From: an uncultured Actinomycetota bacterium
GTDB taxonomy: Bacteria > Actinomycetota > Actinomycetes > Mycobacteriales > Mycobacteriaceae
Assembly: GCA_963771335.1 (NCBI GenBank)
Contig: CAVYTD010000024.1
Span: 98,096-162,095 of the forward strand
Reading direction: 5' to 3'
DNA length: 64,000 bases
Part shown: positions 50,421 to 61,951 of the stretch, one piece after another
Numbering within the stretch: the first letter of the stretch is position 1
How the letters are laid out: the number at the start of each line of letters is the position of its first letter
Notes under the pieces: model-generated
Told to the model about the DNA's origin: nothing
What the model saw: only the letters and a program-made list of their open reading frames with translations
Databases searched by the model: none
Position numbers and translations under genes: made by a program

Positions 50421-53400
50421 TCAGCTCAGACGCAGCGGCGCCGGGCTCCACAAACCGCTGCGCGTCGCCGAACCGAGATCGAGCCGGGCCGGCCCGGCGT
50501 TCGGGTAGTAGGGCGTGAGTTGCTGCAGCGCGCCCCAGTCGCGGAACCAGTCGTACTTCAGATACGTCGGCACGGTGGTGGAGCGCAGCAGCAGTTCGGT
50601 GATGCCCAGCGGGCCACCGCCGAGGTAGTCCATCACCGGCGAGTTGGCCTCGGCGCCGAACCGGTCGGGCAGGATGCGCCACTTCGGCACCTCGATGACG
50701 CCGTTCTGATGACCGAACGGGCGCTGGCACGGGAATGCCAGCCCCACCAGCCAGTCCAGGAGCACCGGATCGGTCGACCCGACGACGTCCTGAAGGGTCC
50801 GCAGGGCGGGGATCCGGGGCGGGGTGATGGCGATCCAGTGATCGGGGCTGAGGTCGTCGTCGGTGGCGACCAGCCGGATGCGGGTGGCTTCGGCAGGGAT
50901 CGCGGACAGCGGTGCGCGCAGGTTGCGCCAGGCCGGCGACGCGCCGACGTCGCCGAACCCGATGCTGCCCGCGGGCTGTCCGTCAGTGCCGTCTCGGCCC
51001 ATTGCACGACGACCTCGCCCGGGTCGAACCGTCCCGCCGCGGACACCACGAGCAGGGAATCGGACCGGTCGTCCTCGCTCCAGCCGGCGGGCAGCTGGTA
51101 CCAGGCCGACCGCAGGACCGCAGGCTGCTGGGTTCCGCTGCGCCAGCTGCCCAGCACCGGTGTGCGGGCGGGGTCGAGGCCGTACGGCAGGCGGGCCCGC
51201 GAGCCGTTGACGCCTGCGGCGGCGGTGGTGCCGCCCTCGGTGCCTGCTTCGCTTTCGGTGACCACGCCGCTGTCGGTGTCGGCGAAGTTGCCTGCGCCGG
51301 ACTGCTCCATCACCGGGTCGGCCGACACGTCGGACGGAATTCCGTTGGGGCTGAACCCCTCTGAGGTGACCGAGCCCAGCGCCTCGCCGACCGGGACGCT
51401 CGATGGGGGTCAGCAGGCCGTCGTTGGGATCCTGCTCGACCAGGACGTCCTCGGCCATGCCGCAGGTCTTGCCGGTGAGGGCCTCCAGGTTGGACCGGCC
51501 CGACCGTCCACGCCGGGTACTGGCCGGTCACCGCGAACGTCAGCGACGCCCACCTCGAAGATGACCAGCGCCCACGTCGCAATGGCCAACGGCGCCTGGG
51601 CAATCGCTCGCCAGCGCCGCCGGCCGCCGTCGGGCGGTGAACCGTCGCGGCCGGAGAAGTGGAACCACGCCGCCAGCAGCAGGGCGACGATCGACAGGCC
51701 GAGCAGCATGGTGGTGAAGCCGAACTTGTACTCCGGGAAGTCATTCGACCACGGCACCCCGAAGTTGGAGACGTACCACCAGCCGTTCACGGTGGCGAAC
51801 GACAGCGCGGTGAGGAACAGCACCGCCGCGGCGAACATCGTGCGGTTGCGGCGCGACCGCATCGCCGCGGCGGAGACGGCCACCGCGGCCAGCGCGCCGA
51901 GGGATCCGGCCAGCCCGGCGAACACGCCGAAGTGGTGGGTCCACTTGGTGGGGGTGAACATCATCGCCAGGAACGAGATGATGGTGATGCCGATGATGCG
52001 TCGGCTCGGGCCCGAGCGCGGTGCCGGGAATCCTGCCCTTGCGCAACGACATCGCGACCGCGACCGCCAGCGCGAGCAGCAGCGTGAGCACGGCGAAGCG
52101 GCGCGCCACCGAGCCGTCGGGGCTGGTGGTGAACAGCCGGGAGTAGCGGATGTGTTCGTCGAACCAGGCCAGGCTGGGGCCGACGGCCGACTTGAAGCTG
52201 CTGGCCTGGAGTTCGGCGGCCAGGGTCTGGTCGCGGAAGATCAGGAAGATGGTGACGGTGCCCGCCGCGGCGATCGGCGCCAGCAGCGCCCAGTAGCCGA
52301 ATCGCGAAGTATGCGCGGCCACAATGGTTTTCAGCGGGCCGATGGCGACGAGCAGCGCGCCGACCGCGGCGATACCGGTAGGGCCGGAGAACAGCGTCAG
52401 CGCTCCGATGATGATCGCGACCGCGACGGGCAACAGCCTGCTGGTCGCGACGCCGCGCTCGACCGAGCACCAGGTCAGCAGGATGCCCAGCGCGATGATC
52501 GGTTCGGGGCGCAGCCCGTTGTTCAGCGGCAGCCAGAACGCCAGGAACAGGCCCGCGGCCGTCCACGCGGCGGCGCGGCTGTGTTTGACGGCGGAGCCGA
52601 GCCGGGGCAGGACCTCGCGGCTGATCACCCACCAGCAGGCCAGCCCCATCAGCAGCGTCGGCAGCCGCATCCACACGCTGGTGGTGCTGACGTGCGCCCA
52701 CAGCGCGAGCAGGTCGTAGTACCAGCCGAACGGCGCTTCGGGTGTGCCGAACCAGCGGTAGTAGTTGGCCATGTATCCGGCGTTCTCGGAGACCCGGGCC
52801 ATCGTCAGGATGTAGCCGTCGTCGGCGGTGTTGGCGCCGACGAAGTGCCACCACACCAGCACCGCGGTCACCACCCCGTCGAGCGGGGACATCGACCACC
52901 ATCGCGGCGGCAGGAAGCGCCGGTGCCGCATGCCGTCGGCCGTGTCCAGCACGTGCAGTGCGCCGAGCGAGACGACCGTCATGGCGACGCCGACGATCAT
53001 CGCGAGCAGCTTCACCCACGTCGGCGAGGTGCTGTAGCGCGAGTCGACGGTCGCCGAGAACGCCAGCCCGGCGGGTGCGGGGCCGGCCAGGTCGGTGAAG
53101 ACGCCGACGATCTGGGGCCGGAAGTCGTAGCCGCCGCGCTCGCCGCGCAGCGGTTCGTCGGATCGGCCGGGTCGTCCGCGTCGGGCCCTGCGGTGAGGCC
53201 GACGAACTCGCCGGTCACCTTGTCGGCGTGCGCGGTGAACGTCAGCTCCTGACATGCGGGGCTGAGCACCTGGCTCAGCGGGGCGCTGACCACCGGGGTG
53301 TTGCGGACGATGACGAGCAGATCGTTGTTGACCCGCTCGATGAGCAGGCCACGGTCGATCGCCTTGGGCGCCTGCTTGGGGACGGTGGACAGCAGCACGC

Positions 53401-53655
53401 GTGCGGCCGGGCCGGTCCAGGCCCGCGGCGGCGCTGCACGGCACGCTGATCTCGAGGTCGGTGGCGACGTAGCCGATCAGCGGCGCGTTGACGCTCTGCC
53501 AGCACGCCGTTCTGCGGCCAGTTCAGCTCGGCGGTGGTCTGGTTGACCGGCAGCAGCGGGGTGGCGACGGCAAGCAGCGTGCCCAGCAGCCCCGCGACGA
53601 TCGCGATGAGCCGCGCGGTGCGGTGGTTGCTGACCCTCGACGGCTGCTGCACCAC
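50421..53655 (-). CDS. embC: Arabinosyltransferase EmbC (several indels)
   Basis: NTADDGYILTMARVSENAGYMANYYRWFG, TPTKWTHHFG, SPAPLRLS. Confidence 0.94.
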
Positions 53656-53659
53656 GGGG

Positions 53660-55572
53660 CTAGATGCTAATTGGCTTGCGGATGGCCAGGACGAACGGCC
53701 CGATGGTGGACACGTCGAACCGGGGATCGTCGAACAGCGCATCGTCGAGGGCGACGTGGTAGCGCCGCACGTTGGGCTGGTTCGGGTAGACGTCGGAGGC
53801 CAGCCGCAGGGTGTAGGTGTCGTTGGCGCCGCGGCGCATCAGGAACACCGTCGGGGGCTCCCACGGCATCGTGTCGAGCGCCTCGATGAACTGGTCGGCG
53901 TCGGTCAGCATGCCCCAGCCCTCGATGGCGCCGGCGCGCTGGTCGAACTGCGCGAGCGGGTTCGCGTAGTGCGAGGTCAGGCCCTGGAACCCGTAGTACG
54001 GGTAGTAGGACAGGAAGCTGTAGTCGGCGGTCATGACGACGGTCTCGTTGCGGGGGCGGCCCGTCACCTCCTGGATCCGGGCGTCGACCTCCCGGTAGTA
54101 CCGCTCGGCGCCCGGGTGGGCGACGGTCGGCGCGCTGGCCGTCGCCGTCGGTGTCGGTGTAGGCGACGACGATGTCGGAGCGCAGCACGTCGGGGATGTC
54201 CTGGCTGAAGGTGACGGCGCCGAGGGCGCCGATCGGCGGTGGCGACCGCGACGACCCTGCGCGCGTTGGGCTGCTGGACGCGGGCGGCGACGGCGCGGGT
54301 CGCCTCGATGAAGCCGAAGGCGCCCGCGGCCGTCAGCAGGATGGTCAGGGTCGGTTGCAGCCGGAACGACAGCAGCGTGGTGCCGGCCAGCGTGGTCAGC
54401 ATCGACAGCAGCGACCAGGCGTAGACCGTCAGCACCGCGACGGCCAGCGCTCCTGCGCGGGTGGAGGTGCGGGCGTAGACGACCAGCCACACCGTGCCGA
54501 GCATGCACAGCGCGCCGAGAAGGGTGAACTGCAGCATCGGGAAGGACAGCTGGGCGCCGTCGACGGGCAGATAGTGCTGGGCGGTGCCGGTGTCGGCGGG
54601 CGTGCCGCGGGCTGCGGCGAGCAGGTAGGGCCCCAGCTGATCAGCGGCGATCAGGCCGGAGATCACCGCGATGACGAGCAGTCGCAGCAGCGGGTCGAGC
54701 TGTCTGCGGCGCGATGGCCAGCAGCACCGCCATGGCCGCCAGCGTGAACGCGGCGTAGAGCCAGCAGCAGCGTGTAGAACAGCGCGGTGACTCCGAGGAA
54801 CAGCGCCGGTGCCGACGATCGCAGCCCACCCGCCGGTCCATTCCCGGGTCGCTGCGCTCCTGCCCGCCGCCACGCGACCCGCCACGCAGCCCGACCAGGC
54901 CAGCACGAACACCGGCGGCAGCAGCACGGCGATGATGGCCGCGTAGGGCTCAGCCGGTGAGTACGCCAACGCCGCTGCCGCGGTGGCCGTCGACACCACC
55001 AGCGCGTACTCGAAGCGAATCATGTTGGCCCACAGCACGAACGCCAGCACGATCGCGATGGTGATCGAAACGATCGACCAGGGCTTGAACATCTCCCATG
55101 CCGGTGTGCCGGTGAGGGCGGCGAGTCGGCCGCCGATCCAGAACCATCCCGGCGGGTAGAACGGCGGTAGGCCGATGTAGGTCATGTCGTGCAGGCGCGG
55201 CTGAATCGGCGAGCCGGGTCAGGTACTCGGTGCGGAACTGCTGGTCCACCGAGATGCCGAACAGGTACAGCTTGGTGGCGCCCAGCGGCATCGCGAGGGT
55301 GACCAGGGAGAAGGCGGCGAGCAGGACCACCGCGCGGCGAGCCGGGCGAGGGTCTGACGGCCGGCCGTCGCCACGCCAGCCCGCTCGCCAAAAGCCCTGC
55401 CAGGCAGACGACTTGGCCGACCGTGGTGAGGGCGTGCAGCTGGTTCGACGAGTTGTAGGCGGGCCACTCGACGCGGGCGATCGCGAACAGGCTGACCGCG
55501 GCGACCACCACGGCGACGGTGACTCGCAGCGACCATCTGGCCGAACACCTCGAGCGGTGTGGCCAGGCGCAT
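53660..55572 (-). CDS. aftA: Arabinofuranosyltransferase AftA (several indels)
   Basis: [43 protein letters not shown]. Confidence 0.94.
54844..54868 (-). repeat. MIRU/REP-like mini-element inside aftA
   Basis: ccgggtcgctgcgctcctgcccgcc. Confidence 0.8.
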
Positions 55573-55582
55573 CCTTCATTCC

Positions 55583-55607
55583 CCGGGTCGCTTCGCTCCT
55601 GCCCACC
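55583..55607 (-). repeat. MIRU/REP-like mini-element between dprE2 and aftA
   Basis: ccgggtcgcttcgctcctgcccacc. Confidence 0.8.
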
Positions 55608-55612
55608 GAGCC

Positions 55613-56401
55613 TCAGATGGGTAGCTTGCGGAAGATCGGGCGCGGGATGTGGCGCAGCACCATCATCACGTAGCGGAACGCGCCGGGCGCCCAGACCAGG
55701 TCCTTGCCCTTGGCCGACGCGGTGACCGCCAGCTCGGCGACGTCCTCCTTGTCGACGGTCAACGGCGCCTCTTTGGCGCCGGTGGCCTTCCAGTGCTCGA
55801 TCGTCGTCGTTGGTGCGTACCTGGCCGGGCCGGATGACCAGCACGCGAACACCGAACTCCCGCAGTGCTTCTCCGAGGCCGAGGTAGAAGCCGTCGAGCC
55901 CGGCCTTGGTGGAGCCGTAGACGAAGTTGGACCGGCGGACCCGCTCGCCGGCGGCCGAGCTCATCGCGATGATCTGGCCCGAGCCCTGCGCGCGCATCTT
56001 CTCGCCGACGCAGCACGCCGACGGAAACCGCTGCGGTGTAGTTGATCTCGGCGATCTGCACGGCCTTGCGCTGGTTCTGCCAGAGCTCCTCGGCGTCGCC
56101 GAGGAGGCCGAACGCGACGATCGCGACGTCGACGTCGCCGTCGGCGCATGCCGCGTCGATCACCGCTGGGGTGATTGTCGGTGTCGAGCGCGTCGAAGTC
56201 GATCCACGTCGACGGACTTGGCGCCCGCGGCTGCTGCATCTGCGCGATGGCGGCGTCCTTGCGCGGGTGGCCGGGCAGGTCGGCGAGCACGACCCGGGCA
56301 TTGGCGTTGCGCAGGTAGCGCTCGCCGATCGCCAGGCCGATCTCGGAGGTGCCGCCGAGCAGCAGGATCGCCTGGGGGTTGCCGGTCGCGTCGAAAACCA
56401 T
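55613..56401 (-). CDS. dprE2: Decaprenylphosphoryl-2-keto-arabinose reductase DprE2 (indels)
   Basis: [35 protein letters not shown]. Confidence 0.95.
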
Positions 56402-57793
56402 CTAGAGCAGCTCCAGTCGTCGGGCCATGTCGGAGGCGAACACCCCGTCGGGATCCACCTTGCGGCGCAGGGCAATCCACTCGTCGATGCGGGGATACAT
56501 GGCGTGGAAGGTCTCGGCGGTGGTTCGCGAGTCCTTGGCGGTGTAGAGCCGTCCGCCGAACTCGAGCACGCGCTTGTCGAGTCCGTTGAGGAACTCGTTG
56601 AGGCCCGGCGTGATCGGGAAGTCGACGCAGACGTTCCAGCCGGGGATCGGGAAGCTCAGCGGCGCTTGATTTCCCGGGCCGAACAGCTTGAACACGTTGA
56701 GGAACGAGTAGTGGCCGGATCGCTGGATGTCGACGAGGATCGCCTTGAACTCCTCGACCGCCGTGGTCGGGACAACGAACTGATACTGCCCGAATCCGGC
56801 GGGTCCGAAGGCGCGGTTCCACTCCCCGAACATGTCGAGGGGGTGATAGAACTGCGTCAGATTCTGCGCCTTGCCGCGGTAGGTACCGGACTTGCGATAC
56901 CAGAGCTCGCCGATGGGCATGAAGGTGTACTTGTTGGCCAGCCCGTTCGGGAACACATCAGGCGAATGTGAGTAGTTGCGGCGCATCGAATTTCAGCGGG
57001 TTCCGCTGCAGCTTCTTCGGCAGCTGGTCGATGGTGGCCAGCGAGCCGCGGGAGATCGCGGCACGACCGAGCTTCGGCGGTGCGCTGATCGCGTCGAACC
57101 AGGCCGACGAGTAGGTGTAGTTGTCCTCGGTGCCGTCGCTGTGGAAGGCGATGGTCTCGTCGAGCGTGTTGGTGACGTCACCGTCGGCGATGAAGTACGC
57201 GGTCTCCGTCGGCGTCATCTCGATGGTGGCGCGCAGGATGATGCCGGTCAGCCCGTTGCCGCCGACGGTCGCCCAGAACAGCTCGGCCTCGGGGCCGTCG
57301 GGGGTGACGGTGCGCACCTCGCCGTTGGCCATCAGCAGGTCCATCGACCGCACGTGGTTGCCGAAGCTGCCGGCGCTGTGGTGGTTCTTGCCGTGGATGT
57401 CGCAGGCGATGGCGCCGCCGATGGTGACCTGACGGGTGCCGGGCAGGACGGGGACCCACAGACCCAACGGCAGCGCCGCACGCATCAGCTGGTCGAGGTT
57501 CACGCCGGCGTCGAGGTCGACGAGGTGGCTGTCGGAATCCATCGAGTGGATGCGATTGACCACGCTCATGTCGATGACGAGGCCGCCGCCGTTCTGCGCG
57601 TTGTCGCCGTAGGAGCGCCCCAGGCCGCGCGCAAGAACCCCGCGGCCGCCGCGTCGGTCCTGTCGGCGGTCTGCGTCACCGCCTTGACGATCACCTCGGG
57701 ATCGGGGGTCGACAGCACCTGGGCCACCGATGGGGCGGTGCGGCCCCAGCCGGTCAGCCGCTTCGCGGTGGTCGGGAACTCGGTGCTCGACAT
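56402..57793 (-). CDS. dprE1: Decaprenylphosphoryl-ribose 2'-oxidase DprE1 (indels)
   Basis: [25 protein letters not shown] (Cys387-equivalent), [10 protein letters not shown]. Confidence 0.96.
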
Positions 57794-57825
57794 CGTCACA
57801 GAGGGTACCGCTTGAGGCTCCCTAC

Positions 57826-58237
57826 TCAGCGCAGCCGGAAGATGACCACGCGCTGGACGATGAAGTTGATCACCGTGGCGGTGCCCTGGGCGATGACGAA
57901 TGCGACCGGCACGCGCCAGGGCTTGTCCTCGAATTGCATGTAGAAGACGTAGTTGATGCCGACCTGGACGGCGTAGGTCACGGCGTAGAGCGCGACCACC
58001 GCGACGAACCGGGCGCGTGCTCGGCGCCGCCTGGAACGTCCACCGCCGGTTGATCAGGTACGCGGTGGTGGTGCCCGCGATGAAGCTGAGGGTTTTGGCG
58101 AGGTTCACGTGCAGACCGGCGGCCAGCAGCGCGACGTAGAGCCCGAAGTCGACGATCGCCGACAGCCCGCCGGTCACGATGAACCGCCAGATCTGCGTCT
58201 TCAGGCTCAGCTGCGGTGACATCGGGGGCTCGGCCAC
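57826..58237 (-). CDS. GtrA-family membrane protein (Rv3789-like), indel near 58020
   Basis: [32 protein letters not shown]. Confidence 0.9.
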
Positions 58238-58608
58238 CCGGGCAGCTTACGGGTTCCCCCGATCTGCTCGGCCTCAGAACGGCGGCGGCAGGGAACCATC
58301 GACTACCGAATCCGCTGAATCTCCCGAGTTGGCCAACTCCCCCAGAAGCCCGCTGCCCTCCAGAATCAACTGCTGATCCGACGGTCGAAGCATCCGAGTG
58401 TCAGTGGGAGTCGTTCGCGCCCTTTGCAATACAACGGACCGAACATCGCAGGGGCACCGCTGCACGTGACGGCGCCGTCGCGGAGTTGTTGGTCGTGGCA
58501 GCCCCGGAAGGTCGGTGAAGGTGGCGGCGGCAACTGCGTGAAGACCACTCGAGTTCCCGCTCGTCGCGGGACACTCAAACGCAAGGTTGGCGGGATTACA
58601 CTTCGGCC

Positions 58609-59368
58609 GTGTTCTCCGAGACGCGCTACGCCCGCAACGGAGACCTGCGCGTCGCGTATCGCGCGTCACGCGAAGGTCAGCGCGACATCGTGTTCGTCCC
58701 GAACTGTCGAGTACATACATCTTCTCAATCCGGACATGCCCCGGCACGAGGAGATCCGCGGGGCATGGGCGCGGATGGAACGCCTGGCGGCAAGCCCGCG
58801 GACCGTCACCCTCATGTTTCCGCTCGCGATCGAATTGAACGTTCGAGCGGCTCTTCCGACAATCCGCGTGCCCACGCTTGTCGTTCAGCACGCCGACGAT
58901 CCGTTCGTCACGCCCACGATGGCCAGGTACGTCGCCGATCACATACCGGACGCGACGCACGTGGAGCTGCCGGGCCGCAACATGTACCACTTCGTCGAAC
59001 CGGATTGGCGTGCCTCATTCCAGGAGGTCGCCGAGTTCCTCACCGGCGATCAGGCCGACGTTGCCGACGATCGGGTTTTGGCCACTGTCCTCTTCACCGA
59101 CATCGTGGACTCGACGCGCCGGGCCGCGGAATCGGCGACCGCGACTGGCACGCCGGGGAGTGTGAGGTCCGCGGCGATGACATCGGCGGGATCGCCGTGC
59201 ACATCGGCGCGCGGGTGAGCGCCCTGGCCGGACCGAACGAACGTGCTCGTGTCCAGCACGCTGCACGACCTCGTGATCGGGTCGGGGCTCGAGTTCGACG
59301 ACCGCGGCGCTCACCAACTCAAGGGCGTGCCCGGCGAGTGGCGCCTCTTCGCGGTCGCGTCTACTTAG
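58609..59368 (+). pseudogene. LipJ-like alpha/beta-hydrolase plus class III adenylate cyclase, with two internal deletions
   Basis: TRYARNGDLRVAY start; VLFTDIVDST; DWHA joined directly to GECEVRGDDIGGIAVHIGARV; LKGVPGEWRLF end. Confidence 0.8.
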
Positions 59369-59416
59369 CGCGGTATGCGGGTTGCGGCGAACTTGTGCTC
59401 GGCCGCTGGCTCACAT

Positions 59417-59432
59417 TGATGCGCTAACATCA
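59417..59432 (+). promoter_or_regulatory. Palindromic operator upstream of vapB
   Basis: TGATG-cgctaa-CATCA overlapping a TAACAT -10-like hexamer just before the ATG. Confidence 0.45.
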
Positions 59433-59437
59433 GATGC

Positions 59438-59680
59438 ATGCGCACCACCCTGTCATTGGACGATGACGTGCTGCTCGCCGTGAAAGAGCGCGCGCGCCGC
59501 GAGAATCGCACCGCAGGCGAGGTCCTGTCCGATCTTGCCCGGCAGGCCCTGACGCAACAGCAGAACGCCGATCCGCGTCCAGGATCGGAAAGCTTCTACG
59601 GTTTCGAACCCTTCGAACACCGGGGGCCCGCTGTGTCCACCGCTCTCGTCGACCGGCTGCGTGACGACGAAGCGGTGTGA
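59438..59680 (+). CDS. vapB: VapB antitoxin (ribbon-helix-helix)
   Basis: MRTTLSLDDDVL..GEVLSDLARQAL; GTGA overlap with the PIN gene. Confidence 0.9.
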   Translation: MRTTLSLDDDVLLAVKERARRENRTAGEVLSDLARQALTQQQNADPRPGSESFYGFEPFEHRGPAVSTALVDRLRDDEAV

Positions 59681-60108
59681 CGCGCACCCTGCTGGACGTC
59701 AATGTCCTCATCGCACTGCTCGACAGCGATCACGTCGACCACGAGCGTGTTCGCCGGTGGGTTGACGCCGAGATCCGCCACGGCTGGGCGTCGTGTGCAA
59801 TCACTCAAAACGGTTTCGTTCGAATCATCAGCCAGCCTCGATATCCCAGCCCGGTGCCACCTGCACAAGCGATCCGCAGGTTGGCACGCGCCGCGTCGAC
59901 CGAATATCACGAATACTGGCCATGTTCGGTCAGCCTGCTCGACGACGAGCTCATCGACTACTCGCGGTTGCACGGGCATCGCCAGGTAACCGACGCATAC
60001 CTACTCGCGCTCGCCACCGCCAACGGCGGCCGGTTCGCGACTCTCGATCAGTCGATCTCGATTAGCGCCGTCCGCCAGGCAACCGCGGACAACCTGACGC
60101 TGATCTGA
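59677..60108 (+). CDS. vapC: VapC PIN-domain ribonuclease toxin
   Basis: LLDVNVLIAL..HVDH, TQNGFVRI, QVTDAYLLALA, ATLD. Confidence 0.92.
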   Translation: MTRTLLDVNVLIALLDSDHVDHERVRRWVDAEIRHGWASCAITQNGFVRIISQPRYPSPVPPAQAIRRLARAASTEYHEYWPCSVSLLDDELIDYSRLHGHRQVTDAYLLALATANGGRFATLDQSISISAVRQATADNLTLI

Positions 60109-60240
60109 CCTGCGTCAGGTCGGCATTCCTGGAGTCCCGTCCGCCTCGTTCGTCACACGTCGGCGTGGGTCGTCGGTCCTGTCGGTGGGCGCCGGTACCG
60201 TCCAGCCCGACAGGCACGCACCAGGTCGTTGGGAGGCTGC

Positions 60241-61951
60241 ATGACCGCCATGATCGCCGCCGGTGAGACGTCGACAGCAGAGTTGTCCGCTTACCTGCCG
60301 TTGCTGGCGCGGCTGCGCGATGGTGCACGGCCGCAACCGGATTGGTCCGCGATCGTCGACGGCGCCGTCCAGGTCTGGGCCCGGCCGGGGTTCGACACCT
60401 TCCTTGCGATACCGCAGTTGCGGTTCGAGCCGTTCGACTATCAGCTGCAGGCCGCGCGGACGGTGCTGCGGCGAATGCGCGGTCGGGGCATCCTGGCCGA
60501 CGAGGTCGGACTCGGTAAGACGATCGAGGCTGGGCTGGTGCTGTCCGAGCTACGCATGCGCGGGCTCGCCGACCGCGTGTTGGTGGTCGTCCCGGCGGGA
60601 CTCGTCGACCAATGGCGCGACGAACTGGAACGGAAGTTCGGGTTGCCGACCACGGTTGCCCGATCCGGGTCGACACCTGCCCGCGACAGTGGGGCGGATC
60701 GGCCGGTCACTATCGCGTCCCTCGCCGCCGCCCGCCGCGATCCGCTGCTGGGTAGGCTTGACCGACACCAACTGGGACCTGGTGATCTTCGATGAGGCCC
60801 ACCGGCTCCGTAACCCCCGTAGCGCGTCGGGCAAGCTCGCGCGCAGGCTGGGCGCCCGTTATCTGTTGATGCTGACCGCAACGCCGGTGGAGAACAAGCT
60901 GTCGGACCTTTACCAGCTCGTCAGCCTCGTCGCGCCCGGACTGCTCGGCACACCCGCCCAGTTCCGCGCCAAACATGGCGCGGCGTCTCTCGAGTCGAGG
61001 CCGCACAACGTCGAGGAGCTGCGCGTGCGGACCCGAGACGTGATGGTCAGACATCGCCGCAGCGAGGTTGCCGTGATGCTGCCGCCACGCCTGGCCGAGA
61101 CGATCTTGGTTACGCCCGGCGTCGAGGAGGCGGCCCTCTACATCGACATAATCCGGCGAGTCAGGTTAGCGGCAACCGAGTCGGGACGCACCCGGTTGGC
61201 CCTGCGTGGCCTGACCCGGCTGGCCGGCTCCAGCCCTGCGGCCGCCGCACCGACGCTGGCGAAGCTCGGCTGGAACGACCTTGCGGAACGGGGCCGAGCC
61301 ATCCGGGAACCGGACAAGGTGGGTGTGCTCGTCGAACTCCTTCGCCGCCACGTCGACAGGGGCGAGAAGGTCCTGGTGTTCACCGGGTTTCGTCAGACCC
61401 TGGATGCGCTCGTCGCTGCGGTCGGGGGTGCCGGGCTGTCGTCGGCGGTGTATCACGGCAGCCTCACCCGGACCGAGAAGGAAGCGGCGATCGCGCAGTT
61501 CCGCGGGGAAACGCCGATCCTGCTGTCGACCGAGTCGGCGGGTGAGGGTCGTAACCTCCAGTTCTGTCATGTGATGGTCAACTTCGATCTGCCGTGGAAC
61601 CCGATGCAGATCGAGCAGCGAGTCGGCCGGCTGCACCGGGTCGGGCAGGAACACGACGTGACGCTGACCAACCTGGTGTGCCGGGGCAGCATCGAACAAC
61701 GGGTGATGCACGTGCTCGAGGCAAAGATCAACCTGTTCGAGCTCGTCGTCGGTGAACTTGACATGATTCTCGGCCGGGTCGATGACGACTTCGATTTCGA
61801 GAGCGAGGTTTTCGATGCGTTCGTCGATGCCTCCGACGACGACGAGTTCGAGCGGCGGCTCGACGTTCTCGGCAACTCGCTCGCCGAGGCGAGGGGCAGC
61901 TACGTCCGGAGCAGGGAAGGGGTCGACCTCTTGGTGGGTGAGCCGTCTTGA
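60241..61951 (+). CDS. SNF2-family (YqhH/RapA-like) helicase-ATPase, indel near 60755
   Basis: ILADEVGLGKT, VPAGLVDQW, DEAH, LTATP, AGEGRNLQ, DLPWNPMQIEQRVGRLHR. Confidence 0.93.

Noticed and set aside
44593-53252. Very long alternative-frame and antisense ORFs (1085, 910 and 601 aa)
   Set aside because: Shadow ORFs typical of high-GC coding DNA. The 1085-aa ORF is real only over the embB N-terminal segment.
58274-58584. Minus-strand frame ending in LPPPF (possible DUF222/HNH remnant) and a 72-aa Cys-containing ORF
   Set aside because: No HNH or other recognisable motif and atypical codon usage; not supportable without a search.
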